DNA from: Anaerolineae bacterium
GTDB lineage: Bacteria > Chloroflexota > Anaerolineae > Aggregatilineales > Phototrophicaceae
Direction of reading: 5' to 3'
NCBI GenBank assembly: GCA_022841825.1
Contig: JALHQT010000006.1
Location: forward strand, 371,378-435,377
DNA length: 64,000 nucleotides
In this document: positions 15,275 through 26,029 of the stretch, piece after piece
Numbering within the stretch: the stretch's first letter is position 1
Layout of the letters: every line of letters starts with the position of its first letter
The notes under the pieces: model-generated
Told to the model about the DNA's origin: nothing
The model's input: the letters and a program-made list of their open reading frames with translations, nothing else
The model's database searches: none
Made by a program: the position numbers and the translations under genes

Positions 15275-16101
15275 TTCACCCACTCCGCAATGATTTGCCC
15301 TGCTGCTTCTGGCGCGCTCTGCGGGAAGAGATGCCCATGACCGGCAATCTCGGCATACGCCATCTCCGGCAGCGCGGCACGCAGGCGGGCAGCGGCGGTC
15401 GGCGTCAGGGTCGTGCTCGTCCCGCCGCGTATCGTCAGGATCGGCAGCTTACTGCCAGCCTGCACCAGGATGCGCGCACTGATGGGATGCGGCGACGAGA
15501 AGATACGCGCCTCCCACGCCGGTAACCAGCGGAGCGTATAGCCGCCCTCCGTCGCAGGGCGCAGCGCACTTTCTGTGTAGACCCGCAGCGCCGCATCCGA
15601 CCAATCGCTGAACAGGCGTTTCGGTCGCCAATAAGCGAACGCCTCATCGAGCGTCGCAAAGCGCGCCTTGCGATTGAGCGCCTGCTTCGCCAGCGGTATA
15701 CGATGCGACTGCCCCAGCCAACGCATCACCTGTGACGCGAAGGTAATCCGCCGGGGCAGTAGCGTCGGGTCGAGCAGCACGAGCGCGCGAAAGCGCGACG
15801 CATCGCGTGACGCCGCGATCAGCGAGGTCAGCGCGCCGAGCGAATGCCCGACGGCAACGACATCCCGCAGGTCATGGTCGCGCAATCCCACCAGCAGATC
15901 GTCCGCCAGGTCGCCCCAGGTGCGGATGCTTTCCGGTGGCGGCGGGTTCTCCCACAGCGGGCGCGGCGGCAGGCTGATCATCCGAAAACGCTGGCTCAGT
16001 GAGGCAAGCATGGGGAGATACGTGTCCGGTGCAAAGCCATTGGCGACGGCGATATGCAGCGGTTTACCGCGCCCGCCGAATTCGAGCAAGGGTTGTGGCA
16101 T
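15259..16101 (-). CDS. Alpha/beta hydrolase
   Basis: 280 aa. Nucleophile elbow VGHSLGA, C-terminal GHGHLFP (catalytic His). Its 3' end overlaps the convergent gene by 16 nt. Confidence 0.8.
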   Translation of the reverse strand: MPQPLLEFGGRGKPLHIAVANGFAPDTYLPMLASLSQRFRMISLPPRPLWENPPPPESIRTWGDLADDLLVGLRDHDLRDVVAVGHSLGALTSLIAASRDASRFRALVLLDPTLLPRRITFASQVMRWLGQSHRIPLAKQALNRKARFATLDEAFAYWRPKRLFSDWSDAALRVYTESALRPATEGGYTLRWLPAWEARIFSSPHPISARILVQAGSKLPILTIRGGTSTTLTPTAAARLRAALPEMAYAEIAGHGHLFPQSAPEAAGQIIAEWVNQAAG

Positions 16102-16110
16102 TGTGGGAAC

Positions 16111-16587
16111 TTACCTCAATAGCAGCTTGTATTCGGGTTGATCTGCCGGATGGTGCTTGAAACCCATCGATTCGTACATCGCCAGACCATCGGGCGTGGC
16201 GAACAATCGCACGAGCGAGACACTACGCTCCCTGCAAAGGGTGACTACACGCTCGACAAGCCGCCGTGCCAGCCCCTGGCGGCGATGGGCAGGGTCAGTA
16301 TAAACATTGGTCAGGTAGGCGTAATGTCCGTGAATATCGGAGGTGTTGGGGAACCAATCGTAGAGATATGCCCCCGCTCCGGCGACGACAGCATCTTCGT
16401 GACTGGCTAGCGCGGCGACGTAAAGTCCCTCTGCGATAGCAGTGCGCGCCCAGGCAGCGAAGGCTCGTTGCACAGGTGCGTAGCTCTCGACCGTTGAGTA
16501 ACCTGTCTCGACATTCAGTAGGCAGCGATGCAGTGCCACCAACGCTCCATCATCCGGTGTGGCGTCGCGGAATGTGTAATATGGCAT
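16111..16587 (-). CDS. GNAT family N-acetyltransferase
   Basis: 158 aa. Acetyl-CoA motif HRRQGLARRLVERVV. Confidence 0.8.
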   Translation of the reverse strand: MPYYTFRDATPDDGALVALHRCLLNVETGYSTVESYAPVQRAFAAWARTAIAEGLYVAALASHEDAVVAGAGAYLYDWFPNTSDIHGHYAYLTNVYTDPAHRRQGLARRLVERVVTLCRERSVSLVRLFATPDGLAMYESMGFKHHPADQPEYKLLLR

Positions 16588-16765
16588 ATTGATTTCCTGA
16601 CTACGCGATCATGATGAGGCAGTGCGCGCGATGACGAGGCATTGCGCGAACGTTTTGTGCTGCGTGTATGTTACCCGAATACGTTGTGGAAATGCTGTTA
16701 AACTCTGCCGAGACTCCCCGTATTTTCGTCTATAATCGCCAACATCAGCCATTCGGAGAACACAT

Positions 16766-17251
16766 ATGACCCCTGACCTGCTCTACGTCCGCGATAAGCA
16801 CCTCCAGATGCTCGAAAAGACCCTTCAAACCTGGCACAGCATTCTCGCCCATGTCTCTCAGGAGACGGCGACCACCCTGCGCGATGGCACGGACGGGTGG
16901 ACGAGTCTCGAAATCCTCTGCCACGTCCATGAATTCGACCTGATCTTCTTGCAGCGCGCACAGTCCGTGCTGGGCGGCGAAACACCCACTTTCGCCTCTT
17001 ATGATGTGGATGCGCTGGCGCGCGAGCGCGACTACAATGCGCGCGACCTGCGGCAGGCGCTGGCAGCGCTTGACGAGTCCCGCGCTGTGCTCCTCACGTT
17101 CTATCGCGCTGTTGCCGATGATCAATGGGGTATGGCGGGTTTGCACCCCGAGTATGGTGAGCAAACGCTGATGAAAATGCTGGTACAGGCGGCGCATCAC
17201 AACATCGACCACATCGAGCAGATGACTCGCGTTCTGGCACAGGCATCGTGA
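16766..17251 (+). CDS. DinB/YfiT-like metal-dependent four-helix-bundle protein
   Basis: 161 aa. His triad candidates LCHVHEFD and AAHHNIDHIEQM. A perfect TATAAT lies about 30 nt upstream and GGAGAA serves as the Shine-Dalgarno. Confidence 0.7.
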   Translation: MTPDLLYVRDKHLQMLEKTLQTWHSILAHVSQETATTLRDGTDGWTSLEILCHVHEFDLIFLQRAQSVLGGETPTFASYDVDALARERDYNARDLRQALAALDESRAVLLTFYRAVADDQWGMAGLHPEYGEQTLMKMLVQAAHHNIDHIEQMTRVLAQAS

Positions 17252-17254
17252 ATC

Positions 17255-18109
17255 GTGCCCGCCGTCTCCATCGTCATCGTCAACTACAACACCCGCGATG
17301 ACCTGCGACTCTGCCTGGAATCGCTGCGACGCAGCCACGCCCCCGCAGAGGTGATCGTGGTCGATAATGCGTCCAGCGACGGGAGCGTGGAGATGGTGTG
17401 CGCCGATTTCCCGGAAGTCCGGTTGATCGAGCCGGGGCGCAACACCTGGTACTGCGGTGGCAACAATCTGGGCATTGACGCAGCGCGCGGCGATTACGTG
17501 CTGCTGCTCAATCCTGACACGATTGTGCAGCCAGGTTCGGTCGGGACGATGTTGTCGTACCTGGCGTCCCATCCCGCCTGTGCGGGCGTGACGATGCAGC
17601 TTCGTTATGCGGATGGCGGCATCCAGCGCACCTGCGCGCGCGCGACAACCTATGGGTATCTCCTGCTGACCCATACGCCGCTGACATATCTTCTGCCCGG
17701 TCTGCGTGCCCAGGCAGAAGATGAGCACTGGTACGCGGGCTGGCGGCGCGACCAAGACTATGATGTCGAGTCAGTCCCCGGCTCCTGCATGATGATGCGC
17801 CGCGCCGACCTACACTATGATGACCGACTGCTGCTCTACTTCCCGGAGGACGATCTGGCACGGCGGCTGCAAGGGCGCAGATTTCGCTTTCTCGCCACGC
17901 CGCACATCATTCACCGCGAAAAGTCCGCGACGAAGAGTTGGCACGCGGTCAGTCTCTACTATCGTGATATGTTCGTCTTTGCGCGGGCGCATTTCGGTGG
18001 GTGGCGTAGCGCGCTGCTGTGGCTGCTCTCGCGCCCGCTCTATTGGAGTATGGCGCTGCGCTGGCGCACCTCGCCGCCAAGCGACGCGCAGATCCGCCGC
18101 GAGTCATGA
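17255..18109 (+). CDS. Family 2 glycosyltransferase
   Basis: 284 aa. VSIVIVNYNTRDDLRLCLESL, VIVVDNASSDGS, LLLNPDT (DxD-like). Confidence 0.85.
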   Translation: MPAVSIVIVNYNTRDDLRLCLESLRRSHAPAEVIVVDNASSDGSVEMVCADFPEVRLIEPGRNTWYCGGNNLGIDAARGDYVLLLNPDTIVQPGSVGTMLSYLASHPACAGVTMQLRYADGGIQRTCARATTYGYLLLTHTPLTYLLPGLRAQAEDEHWYAGWRRDQDYDVESVPGSCMMMRRADLHYDDRLLLYFPEDDLARRLQGRRFRFLATPHIIHREKSATKSWHAVSLYYRDMFVFARAHFGGWRSALLWLLSRPLYWSMALRWRTSPPSDAQIRRES

Positions 18110-18189
18110 GTTTCCAGCGCGCCCAGGTTCGGATCACGGTGATTTACGCGGCTTTTTCACCGTTGCAGATCACGATCAGGGTGCGCAGA

Positions 18190-19224
18190 TCATGCCGCGC
18201 CGCCCGCAGCCGCCCACTTGAGCGCGCGCAGTGCCCGCAGGGTCACCCACTTGTTGGGCTGCCCTTTGCGCCCGTAAGCGCCCCAGGTCTTGCTGCCGTA
18301 GGCATAATCGAGCGCCCAACGACCCTCAGTATCCTGTTTCTCACGCACAAGCGTCAGTGTGTTCGCCAGGCGCGGATCACCGCCACAACCGAGCAGTGCC
18401 AACGCCTCGACCACCTGGAGCAAGTCGGTGACGTAGAATACCGGGAAGCCAAACTTCCACCAGTTCCCGCTCGGCGTTTGCCCATCGGCAGTCGGATACT
18501 CGGCTGTCGCAGGATCGACACTCAATAGAAAACCAACACCCACCTCAATCGCGCGTTCAATGAGCGGAGTGCGTCGCGCCGCAGGCAGCTTGCCGAACCC
18601 CAGCATGACCTTCGCAGCGCCCCATGCGCACGACATGCGATTGTTAGCAGAGCAGGCGAACAAAGGACCACATTTGTAGGTGGAGTAGCGCAAAGACGCG
18701 CCGCGCTCCCCTACTGGGGACATCCCCTCGCCTGTCACGGTCCGCGCCATCCACTCGAACGCCTCATCCAATCGCGGGTCATCGCAGCCAAGATCGAGCA
18801 GCGCCGCGCACAGATTGCCCTGTAAGCAGTCGAACGTCCCCGTGGGCTTGCCGTTATAGGAAAACCTGCCACCTTCCGCGAGCGTGTGATCCAGGACGTA
18901 ATTCACCGCAGTGGCGATACGCGCATCTTCGTGCAGCGACGCGCCCAACTGCGCCAGCAGAATGATCGACCACACGGTCCCATGATACTTGGGTCCGTAG
19001 CCAGGACCATGTTTGACCCAGTAGCCATCCGGATGCATGGCATCGAGGACGTGCGGGATCGCGCCACGTCTGTGAGCAGCAGTCCGAGCTTCAATAAGGT
19101 CGGCATCGTCGGATGGGGTATCAAGCAGGTCACGGAGGGCGAGATAACGAACATCTGCGGTGTCTGGCTCCAGGAGCCAATCGAACACTGAGGGTTTGAC
19201 ATGCGCTCGCAGGATCATCGCCAC
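18190..19224 (-). CDS. Prenyltransferase / squalene-cyclase-like alpha-alpha toroid repeat protein
   Basis: 344 aa. Repeated aromatic/Gly-rich motifs (DGYWVKHGPGYGPKYHGTVW, GRWALDYAYGSKTWG) as in terpenoid cyclase/prenyltransferase repeats. The function is not specific. Confidence 0.55.
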   Translation of the reverse strand: MAMILRAHVKPSVFDWLLEPDTADVRYLALRDLLDTPSDDADLIEARTAAHRRGAIPHVLDAMHPDGYWVKHGPGYGPKYHGTVWSIILLAQLGASLHEDARIATAVNYVLDHTLAEGGRFSYNGKPTGTFDCLQGNLCAALLDLGCDDPRLDEAFEWMARTVTGEGMSPVGERGASLRYSTYKCGPLFACSANNRMSCAWGAAKVMLGFGKLPAARRTPLIERAIEVGVGFLLSVDPATAEYPTADGQTPSGNWWKFGFPVFYVTDLLQVVEALALLGCGGDPRLANTLTLVREKQDTEGRWALDYAYGSKTWGAYGRKGQPNKWVTLRALRALKWAAAGGAA

Positions 19225-19344
19225 ACCTCCTTATTGGCAGACGAAACGCAACTGTCTTTCTTTCATTGTACACCCGTTCGATTTCTCAGAGGTGGGCTGG
19301 CAGAGTATCATCCAGAGGAGTTTAGCCGCTCACGGGAGAATGCA

Positions 19345-19857
19345 ATGACCGACGCCGTCCAGCAATTTTGGGATTTTTACCGTGCGACGCTGCCAGAGGA
19401 TGCGCGCCCGCCTGCCGATGACTACGACGCTTGGGGATTTGGCGACAGTACCGAGATGGCGAATGAGTTGGGCGATCTCGTCCGGCGGGGTGTCAAAACT
19501 GCAACCGCTAGCTTGTATTGGGAGTACGAAGCAGAAGATGAACCGCTGCCAGAAGTCGGGCGTCACAGCGTCATCCTCGATGGGCGCGGCGTGCCGTTGT
19601 GCATCATCCGGACGACCGAGGTCATCGTGCAGCCGTTCAACGCCTTCGACGCCCAGTTCGCCCATGACGAAGGCGAAGGGGATCGCTCACTGGACTTCTG
19701 GCGGGATGCGCACTGGCGTTTCTTTTCGCGCGCCTGCGCCGCCATCGGTCGCACGCCGGACGAGGCGATGCTCGTGGTAGGAGAGCGGTTTACGCTGGTG
19801 TGGAATCCGAGCGGCTCTCCGGCGGCTGGCAATGGAGCCGCATTGTCGATTCTCTAG
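19345..19857 (+). CDS. ASCH domain protein
   Basis: The internal ATG at 19345 is preceded by GGGAGA. Sequence: MTDAVQQFWDFY...AWGFGDS...LVRRGVKTATASL...VGRHSVILDGRGVPLCIIRTTEV...FAHDEGEGD, the pattern of the YqfB/ASCH family. Confidence 0.6.
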   Translation: MTDAVQQFWDFYRATLPEDARPPADDYDAWGFGDSTEMANELGDLVRRGVKTATASLYWEYEAEDEPLPEVGRHSVILDGRGVPLCIIRTTEVIVQPFNAFDAQFAHDEGEGDRSLDFWRDAHWRFFSRACAAIGRTPDEAMLVVGERFTLVWNPSGSPAAGNGAALSIL

Positions 19858-20013
19858 CCACAACGACAAAGTTCACATGCTACAGTGACATTGTGGTATA
19901 GCATTATCTATGCTGGCATGGCGTCTGAATCGTGCCCAATGCGATGACACAGCACGGGCTGATAGAATGCCCATGTCTCCGTTATTCCTTCCTACACCTG
20001 GAGAAATCCCCTT

Positions 20014-21813
20014 ATGCCAAAACGTAACCTTGCCTTTGTCGCGCTTGCAGTATGGATGCTGGTCCTCATCGGTGCAACCTCTGCCCACGCGCAGCCACTC
20101 AGCCAGACCGTCACGCTCGACGGTTACACCTTTAGCATTCCCGCAGATTGGGCAGCCCAAGTGATCCCCAATTCCGGTGTCGGTATCGTCTCCAATCCGG
20201 CGCTGCTGGCACAGATTGAAGACTCCGACGCCAATTTTGCGCCGGGAGATCTTGCCATCGTCATTTCCAACCTGGACGAACTGGGACCGATCGTCGAAGA
20301 AGGGGGAACCGCGCGGGATCTCATGGACACCTTCATTGGCTTCCTCAGCCCAGGTGCTGAGGTTGTCGAAGTCGAAGGGCTGCCCTTTGAGGCATATCGG
20401 GTCGAAGTAGAAACTGAAGAATTCCCCAGCGGTCGTGCGCTCCTCTATACCCTCGATCTGAATGGCTTCCTGGTTTTCGTCGCAGTGGTCAGCGGCGGCC
20501 CGTTGAACGAAGTGAGCGGTCTCGCCGAGGACATCCTGGCGACCCTCAGCTACGAAGTCCCACCGCGCCCCGAACCCGTCGGCGCACTGGTCTATGGTGA
20601 CGAAGTCACGGGCGAAATCGGCGGCGAAAGCGAGACCCAGGTGTGGACGTTCGAGGGTCAGGCAGGCGACCGCGTAACCATCACCATGATCGCCGACGAG
20701 GAGAGCAGCCTGGATACCACGCTGACGCTCTACACGCTGCCAGAATACGAAATTGACGGCGCGCCCATCGCCTTTAATGACGATGCGATGAGCGAAGATG
20801 TGATCGGTTTTAACTCGCAGATCGCGGCGTTCGAGCTGTTTGAAGACGCGACTTACGCCATCGAAGCATCCAGCTTCGGCTCGTCCGGCGGCGCGTATAC
20901 GCTGTCGCTGGTGCTGGCAGACGAGGATGCCGCCACGCCAGTGCCGGAAGCGACGACCGAAGCAGTTGGAACGGGCGGCGGCGAAATCGCCTATGGCGAC
21001 ACTGTGACAGGCGCGGTGAACGACGAGGGGACCAACTCGGAGTACTGGACGTTCAGCGGGCAGGCAGGCGATGTGGTGACCATCACCATGATCGCCGACG
21101 ATACCAACGAAGTCGATCCACGCTTGTATCTGTATGCGGAGGGTGAGGTTTCGGCGTTCGACATTCTCGCCGAAAACGACGATGCCGAAGACAGCTCGAT
21201 TGGCCGTCTGAACTCGCAGATCTTCGAATTCGAGCTGCCGGTAGATGGCGAATACGTGATCGAAGCGACGCAGTTCGGCTTTGGCGCGGGAACCTATTCT
21301 CTGACGCTGGAAAGCGGAGCGGCAGGCAGCGCTGGCGAAGGCAAGCCAACGGCTGCGCAGTCGGGTGACGAACTCCGCCAATGGGCATCCGACGCGACGG
21401 GCAGCAGCCAGTATGGCACGGACAGTTGGAGCTTCCTCCAGGCGACGGGCGAGCCGAACACCGACGAATGCGGCGACATAACGACCGCCTGGGCATCCGC
21501 CACGTCGAGCGGCAAGGACGACCTCAGTCTGACCTACGAAGTCCCTGTGATTCCGTCGCAGATCAGCATCTATCAGACCTACAATCCCGGCTCAATCATC
21601 CGTGTCGAAGTCAGCAACAGCGGCACGGAAGAGACAGCGGAACTGCCCAACAGCGCGGATGACTCCGGCAATACCGTTTGCCCCGGCGTCTTCGTGCTGG
21701 AGGTCGAAGACATCGGCTTCGCCATCGATACCGTCACGATCTACCTGGATCAGACTATCGGCGGCAGTTGGAACGAGATCGACGCGGTCGAACTGGTCGG
21801 CGTCGTGCCGTAG
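20014..21813 (+). CDS. Secreted protein with two pre-peptidase C-terminal (PPC) domains and an uncharacterised C-terminal beta-rich module
   Basis: 599 aa. Signal peptide LAFVALAVWMLVLIGATSAHA. There are two clear PPC-like repeats (GDEVTGEIGGESETQVWTFEGQAGDRVTITMIAD...AYTLSL and GDTVTGAVNDEGTNSEYWTFSGQAGDVVTITMIAD...TYSLTL). The C-terminus reads SSQYGTDSWSFLQATGEPNTDECGDITTAWAS.... Confidence 0.75.
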   Translation: MPKRNLAFVALAVWMLVLIGATSAHAQPLSQTVTLDGYTFSIPADWAAQVIPNSGVGIVSNPALLAQIEDSDANFAPGDLAIVISNLDELGPIVEEGGTARDLMDTFIGFLSPGAEVVEVEGLPFEAYRVEVETEEFPSGRALLYTLDLNGFLVFVAVVSGGPLNEVSGLAEDILATLSYEVPPRPEPVGALVYGDEVTGEIGGESETQVWTFEGQAGDRVTITMIADEESSLDTTLTLYTLPEYEIDGAPIAFNDDAMSEDVIGFNSQIAAFELFEDATYAIEASSFGSSGGAYTLSLVLADEDAATPVPEATTEAVGTGGGEIAYGDTVTGAVNDEGTNSEYWTFSGQAGDVVTITMIADDTNEVDPRLYLYAEGEVSAFDILAENDDAEDSSIGRLNSQIFEFELPVDGEYVIEATQFGFGAGTYSLTLESGAAGSAGEGKPTAAQSGDELRQWASDATGSSQYGTDSWSFLQATGEPNTDECGDITTAWASATSSGKDDLSLTYEVPVIPSQISIYQTYNPGSIIRVEVSNSGTEETAELPNSADDSGNTVCPGVFVLEVEDIGFAIDTVTIYLDQTIGGSWNEIDAVELVGVVP

Positions 21814-21822
21814 CACGAGTAC

Positions 21823-21850
21823 GGAGGGGTGCAGTCAACTGCGCCCCTCC
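21823..21850 (+). terminator. 12-bp GC-rich hairpin downstream of the PPC protein gene
   Basis: ggaggggtgcag tcaa ctgcgcccctcc: 11 Watson-Crick pairs plus 1 G-U, with a 4-nt loop. There is no clear T tract. Confidence 0.45.
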
Positions 21851-21978
21851 GATTGAAAGTACTACACTCTGTCGCATTCCCGTGCCAAAACTCCCTACCT
21901 TGTGAGCGATGACGTCTATGTAACGTTCGTGCATAATGACGAACATTATCCACTAGACTCTGACCAAACAGGTTCGCC

Positions 21979-23139
21979 ATGCGCAACTTCATCGCCCACA
22001 GCGTCCAGCAGCTCCGCCCTTCCGGCATCCGCCGCTTCTTCGACATCGCCGCCAGCATGGACGACGTGGTCACCCTCGGCATCGGCGAACCCAACTTCGT
22101 CACTCCTCAGCACATCATGGATGCGGGCATCGCTTCGCTCCAGCGCGGCAATACTGCCTACACCTCGAACAGCGGCTTGATCGAGCTGCGCAGCGCCATC
22201 AGCAAGCACATCAACCGCTTGTATGGCGTCCATTACGAAGCCGATTCACAAATCCTCGTCACCGTCGGCGTCAGCGAAGCGCTCTGGCTCGCCCTGCGCG
22301 CCATCCTCAACCCCGGCGATGAGGTGCTGGTCGTCCAACCATGCTTCGTCGCCAACGCGGCGGCGGTCGAGATGGCGGGCGGCGTCCCCGTCCCTGTTCA
22401 TGCCTACGTCGAGGACGAGTTCCAGATCACCGGCGAAGCGCTCGAACGCGCCATCACGCCGCGCACCAAAGCGATCCTGATCAGCTATCCGAATAACCCG
22501 ACGGGTGCCATCCTGACCTGCGAGCACATGCAGCAGGTCGCCGCCGTCGCGCGCAAGCACGACCTGGTCGTCATCTCCGACGAGATCTATGAGCGCCTCG
22601 TCTACGGTTTCGACCACATCAACTTCGCCTCGCTGCCAGAGATGTACGAGCGCACGATCCTCCTCAGCGGCATGAGCAAGTCGTACGCCATGACCGGATG
22701 GCGCATCGGTTATGCCGCCGCGCCGCGCCCGCTGATGGAGGCGATGCATAAGCTGCATCAGTACCTGATCATGTCCGCGCCAACCATCGGGCAGCACGCC
22801 GCCCTGGAGGCAATCGTGCATGGCGAAGATGATGTCGAATTTATGCGCCAGGAATACGACAAGCGCCGTCGGCTGATCGTCGATGGCTTTAACGCAGTCG
22901 GCTTGACCTGCTTCGAGCCGCGTGGCGCGTTTTACGCCTTCCCCAGCGTCGCCGTGACAGGCATGAGCGATGAGGAATTCTGCGAAAGGCTGCTTCAGGA
23001 AGAGCGCGTAGCGGTCGTCCCCGGCAGCGCCTTTGGTGCCAGCGGCGCTGGCTTTGTGCGCGCCTCTTACGCCACCAGCGAAGCGAACATCGAGCGCGCG
23101 CTGGAACGGATGCGCCGCTTCATGCAGCGGCATGGCTGA
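21979..23139 (+). CDS. Class I/II PLP-dependent aminotransferase (aspartate/aromatic type)
   Basis: 386 aa. SGMSKSYAMTGWRIGY (PLP lysine), NPTG and YPNNPTGA motifs. Confidence 0.9.
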   Translation: MRNFIAHSVQQLRPSGIRRFFDIAASMDDVVTLGIGEPNFVTPQHIMDAGIASLQRGNTAYTSNSGLIELRSAISKHINRLYGVHYEADSQILVTVGVSEALWLALRAILNPGDEVLVVQPCFVANAAAVEMAGGVPVPVHAYVEDEFQITGEALERAITPRTKAILISYPNNPTGAILTCEHMQQVAAVARKHDLVVISDEIYERLVYGFDHINFASLPEMYERTILLSGMSKSYAMTGWRIGYAAAPRPLMEAMHKLHQYLIMSAPTIGQHAALEAIVHGEDDVEFMRQEYDKRRRLIVDGFNAVGLTCFEPRGAFYAFPSVAVTGMSDEEFCERLLQEERVAVVPGSAFGASGAGFVRASYATSEANIERALERMRRFMQRHG

Positions 23140-23173
23140 TCGCAGCGAAGTCACCCCAACGACTTTCTAACCA

Positions 23174-25177
23174 TTGTTCGTTAAACCTGAAGACTCCATC
23201 GCTTCGCTTTGCCGCATAATCGAACATAGGGAGAGGCGCACATCAGCCTCCCCTGCGGCGAAGAGGGAAGTGCTGTTGAACGCCAAAATTACACCTGCGT
23301 CACTCGCCCTGGTGGTCGATGCTGATAATGCATCGCGCCTGGAACGCTGCGCCCACCTCCTGCAGATGGGGTGCGGCGTGATCGAGGCGCGCGACGCAGT
23401 GGCTGCGATGCACCTGGTGGAGACGCGCAAGCCGCATCTCGTCATCATCAATTACGATCTCGCCGACGAAGAAGGCACCGAGCTGTGCGCCCGTCTCCGG
23501 CGGGGGGCAGAAAATGCCGCGCTTCCCATCCTGATGCTCCTCCCGGACACGCGGCAGATCATCGATCTCGCCTACACGGTGGGTGCCGATGATGTGCTGC
23601 ACCATGCAGCGACAGCGCTCGACTTTCAACGACGTGTCACCCTCCTCCTCAAATTGAGCGCCCAGGCACAGCGTGCTGCTAGGAGCGAACAGCGCGCCCA
23701 TCAGATGTTCCATGAAACCCGTGCGCCGATGCTCATGATCGAGCCGCACAGCGGGCGGATCATCGATGCCAACCGAGCAGCCTGTAGTTTTTATGGCTAT
23801 CGCTACGACGAGTTCATCCGAATGGTGCTGTCAGATCTGGATGCGCCCGTCAACCCGGAGATGGATTTCACCCTGAAAACCACCAACCTCGTCATGCGTC
23901 ATCAACGTGCCAATGGTGAAATTCGTGACGTGGCAATGTTTTCCGGACCCATTGATGTTGAAGGCAGTAAGCACGTCTGCATGGTGATCCATGATGTCAC
24001 CAAGCGCAAAATCGCAGAAGTGGGCGAACAAACGCAGCGCTCGCTCGCCGAGAAACTTCGCCTGACCGCCAACCAGCTCGAACGAGAACGCGCTCAACTG
24101 CGTGGCATTCTCGACTCGATGCAGGAAGGCGTGATGTACGGCGAATTTGATAAGGCTGACGGCGACCGCCTCAGGCTTCGCTACGTCAATCGCGCGCTGG
24201 AGGCACTCACGGGCTTCGAGGAATCGGAGTGGCTGCAACAAGGTCTCTCCCTCATCCGCAAGCCCGACACGCCAATCGAGCATTATGAAATGCTCTATGT
24301 GGAAGCTCGCCAGTATCTGACGAAGCGCGGGACGTGGATGGCGGAAATCCACCTGCCCCGCAAAGACGGCACGACCTTCACCGCCTCCTTTTCGCTTGTC
24401 CAGCTCCAGAGCGCCGATGGGCAGCCCTTCGGCATCGTGGGGGTCATTCGTGACATCAGCCAGGAGAAAGCCCTTGCCGAGGAGAGGTCGCTTTTCGTGG
24501 CACACGCCTCGCATGAACTGCGAACGCCGCTGACGAATGCCAAGACTCGGCTCTACCTGTTGAGAAAACAACCTGAACGCACTGCACAGCACCTGGACGT
24601 GCTCGAAGGTGTGATCGACCGGATGCGGCGCCTGGTGGAAAGCCTGCTTGATCTCAGCAAGCTGGAGCGCGGCACCACCGAGATGCGTTATCAGGATACC
24701 GATCTCGTCCATCTTGTGCGCGAAGTCTGGGCAGTGCAGCTCGCAGAAGCAGACCGCAAGCATCTCCAACTCCACTGCGCTCTGCCCCAACAGCGGCTGA
24801 TGGCGCAGGTCGATCGCGAACAATTGACGCAGGTCTTGATCAACCTGATCACCAACGCCATCAACTACACCCAGCAGGGCAGCATCCACTTGCGGCTTTA
24901 CAGCCAGCAGTGTGCTTTTGAAACCGGTTTATGTGCCATCATCGAGGTTGAAGATACCGGAGTCGGCATCGCCGTGGAAGAACTGCCTAACATCTTCCAA
25001 CCCTTCTATCGCGTGACCAGCGATGTCCAGGGGACCGGGCTTGGCTTGAGCATAGCGAGAGAGATCGTATCCCGGCACGGGGGAGAAATCACGGTGCGCA
25101 GTACGCTGGGACAAGGCAGTACATTCACTGTCGTACTGCCGCTTTCGGTTCGCAGCGCAGAATTGACGGAGGCATGA
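23174..25177 (+). CDS. Hybrid sensor: receiver domain - PAS - PAS - HisKA - HATPase_c histidine kinase (start uncertain; TTG 23174 or TTG 23276)
   Basis: REC-like LALVVDADN...[15 protein letters not shown] box [15 protein letters not shown] box [10 protein letters not shown]1 [10 protein letters not shown]2 GTGLGLSIA. Confidence 0.85.
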   Translation: MFVKPEDSIASLCRIIEHRERRTSASPAAKREVLLNAKITPASLALVVDADNASRLERCAHLLQMGCGVIEARDAVAAMHLVETRKPHLVIINYDLADEEGTELCARLRRGAENAALPILMLLPDTRQIIDLAYTVGADDVLHHAATALDFQRRVTLLLKLSAQAQRAARSEQRAHQMFHETRAPMLMIEPHSGRIIDANRAACSFYGYRYDEFIRMVLSDLDAPVNPEMDFTLKTTNLVMRHQRANGEIRDVAMFSGPIDVEGSKHVCMVIHDVTKRKIAEVGEQTQRSLAEKLRLTANQLERERAQLRGILDSMQEGVMYGEFDKADGDRLRLRYVNRALEALTGFEESEWLQQGLSLIRKPDTPIEHYEMLYVEARQYLTKRGTWMAEIHLPRKDGTTFTASFSLVQLQSADGQPFGIVGVIRDISQEKALAEERSLFVAHASHELRTPLTNAKTRLYLLRKQPERTAQHLDVLEGVIDRMRRLVESLLDLSKLERGTTEMRYQDTDLVHLVREVWAVQLAEADRKHLQLHCALPQQRLMAQVDREQLTQVLINLITNAINYTQQGSIHLRLYSQQCAFETGLCAIIEVEDTGVGIAVEELPNIFQPFYRVTSDVQGTGLGLSIAREIVSRHGGEITVRSTLGQGSTFTVVLPLSVRSAELTEA

Positions 25178-26001
25178 TTGTGACCTACACCCCATTTCAA
25201 CGGGCGCAGGCGTTTGTAGAGGCGGGCGACCTGGATGAAGCGCTCACGGCGTTGCACGAAGCCGTTGCGACCGACGCCAATGACGATGTCTATCGTCTGC
25301 GCGCCGCCGTACAGCGCCGCCTGCGGTCGGAGGAATACCTGCGTGCCGCCGCGCTCGACCTGGAAAAGCTGGGCAATCCAACCAGCACCGACTATGTCGA
25401 GCAGTCGATCATCTTCGAGCAGCTCGGCGATTTCTCCGCCGCGATCCGCGCGATGATGGTCGCCACCGACCTGGCGGGCGGACCCAGCGAGCGCAATCGC
25501 CTCGTCGAGCAGCACGTTCGCCTGCTGCTGACGCGCGGTGACACCGAAAAAGCGCTGGAACTGGCGCAAAAGCAGCCCAAGACCTGGCGCTGGATGCAGT
25601 GGATGGGCGACATTGCCGCCCAATCGGATGACAGCGTCGCGGCAGCGCGATACTACAGCGCCGCGATTTCGCTCCTCACCAGCGCAACCGAGCGCGACGA
25701 CCGCTTCGCCGATGCCTTTCGCGCGCGGCTGCTGCTGGCGCGTGCCGACGCGCATCGTAAGAGTGGGCAGTTCGAGTTTGCCGATGCGGACTATGTCACC
25801 GCCGAGCAGCTCACGCCGGGCGACCCGATGATTCCGTTCTATCGTGGGATCATTGCCTGGCAGCGCGGCGATAGGGACGAGGCGGTTGGACTGGTGCGCA
25901 ACGCGATGGATCATGCCAATGATATGGTGCAGGACACGATGCGCCGTGTGCTGGTCGATGGGGAATCGTTCAGCGGCTTGCTCGACTCGATGGACGCCTG
26001 A
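25174..26001 (+). CDS. TPR repeat protein
   Basis: 275 aa. ATGA overlap with the upstream kinase stop. Alanine-rich helical repeats ([29 protein letters not shown]). Confidence 0.65.
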   Translation: MIVTYTPFQRAQAFVEAGDLDEALTALHEAVATDANDDVYRLRAAVQRRLRSEEYLRAAALDLEKLGNPTSTDYVEQSIIFEQLGDFSAAIRAMMVATDLAGGPSERNRLVEQHVRLLLTRGDTEKALELAQKQPKTWRWMQWMGDIAAQSDDSVAAARYYSAAISLLTSATERDDRFADAFRARLLLARADAHRKSGQFEFADADYVTAEQLTPGDPMIPFYRGIIAWQRGDRDEAVGLVRNAMDHANDMVQDTMRRVLVDGESFSGLLDSMDA

Positions 26002-26029
26002 GCCAAGAACTCATCGCGGAAACATCCCC

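Noticed and set aside
19873-21381. 502-aa reverse-strand ORF opposite the PPC-repeat protein gene
   Set aside because: It has the same shadow-ORF character (Arg/Gly/His-rich with no domains). The plus-strand ORF has a signal peptide and internally repeated PPC domains.
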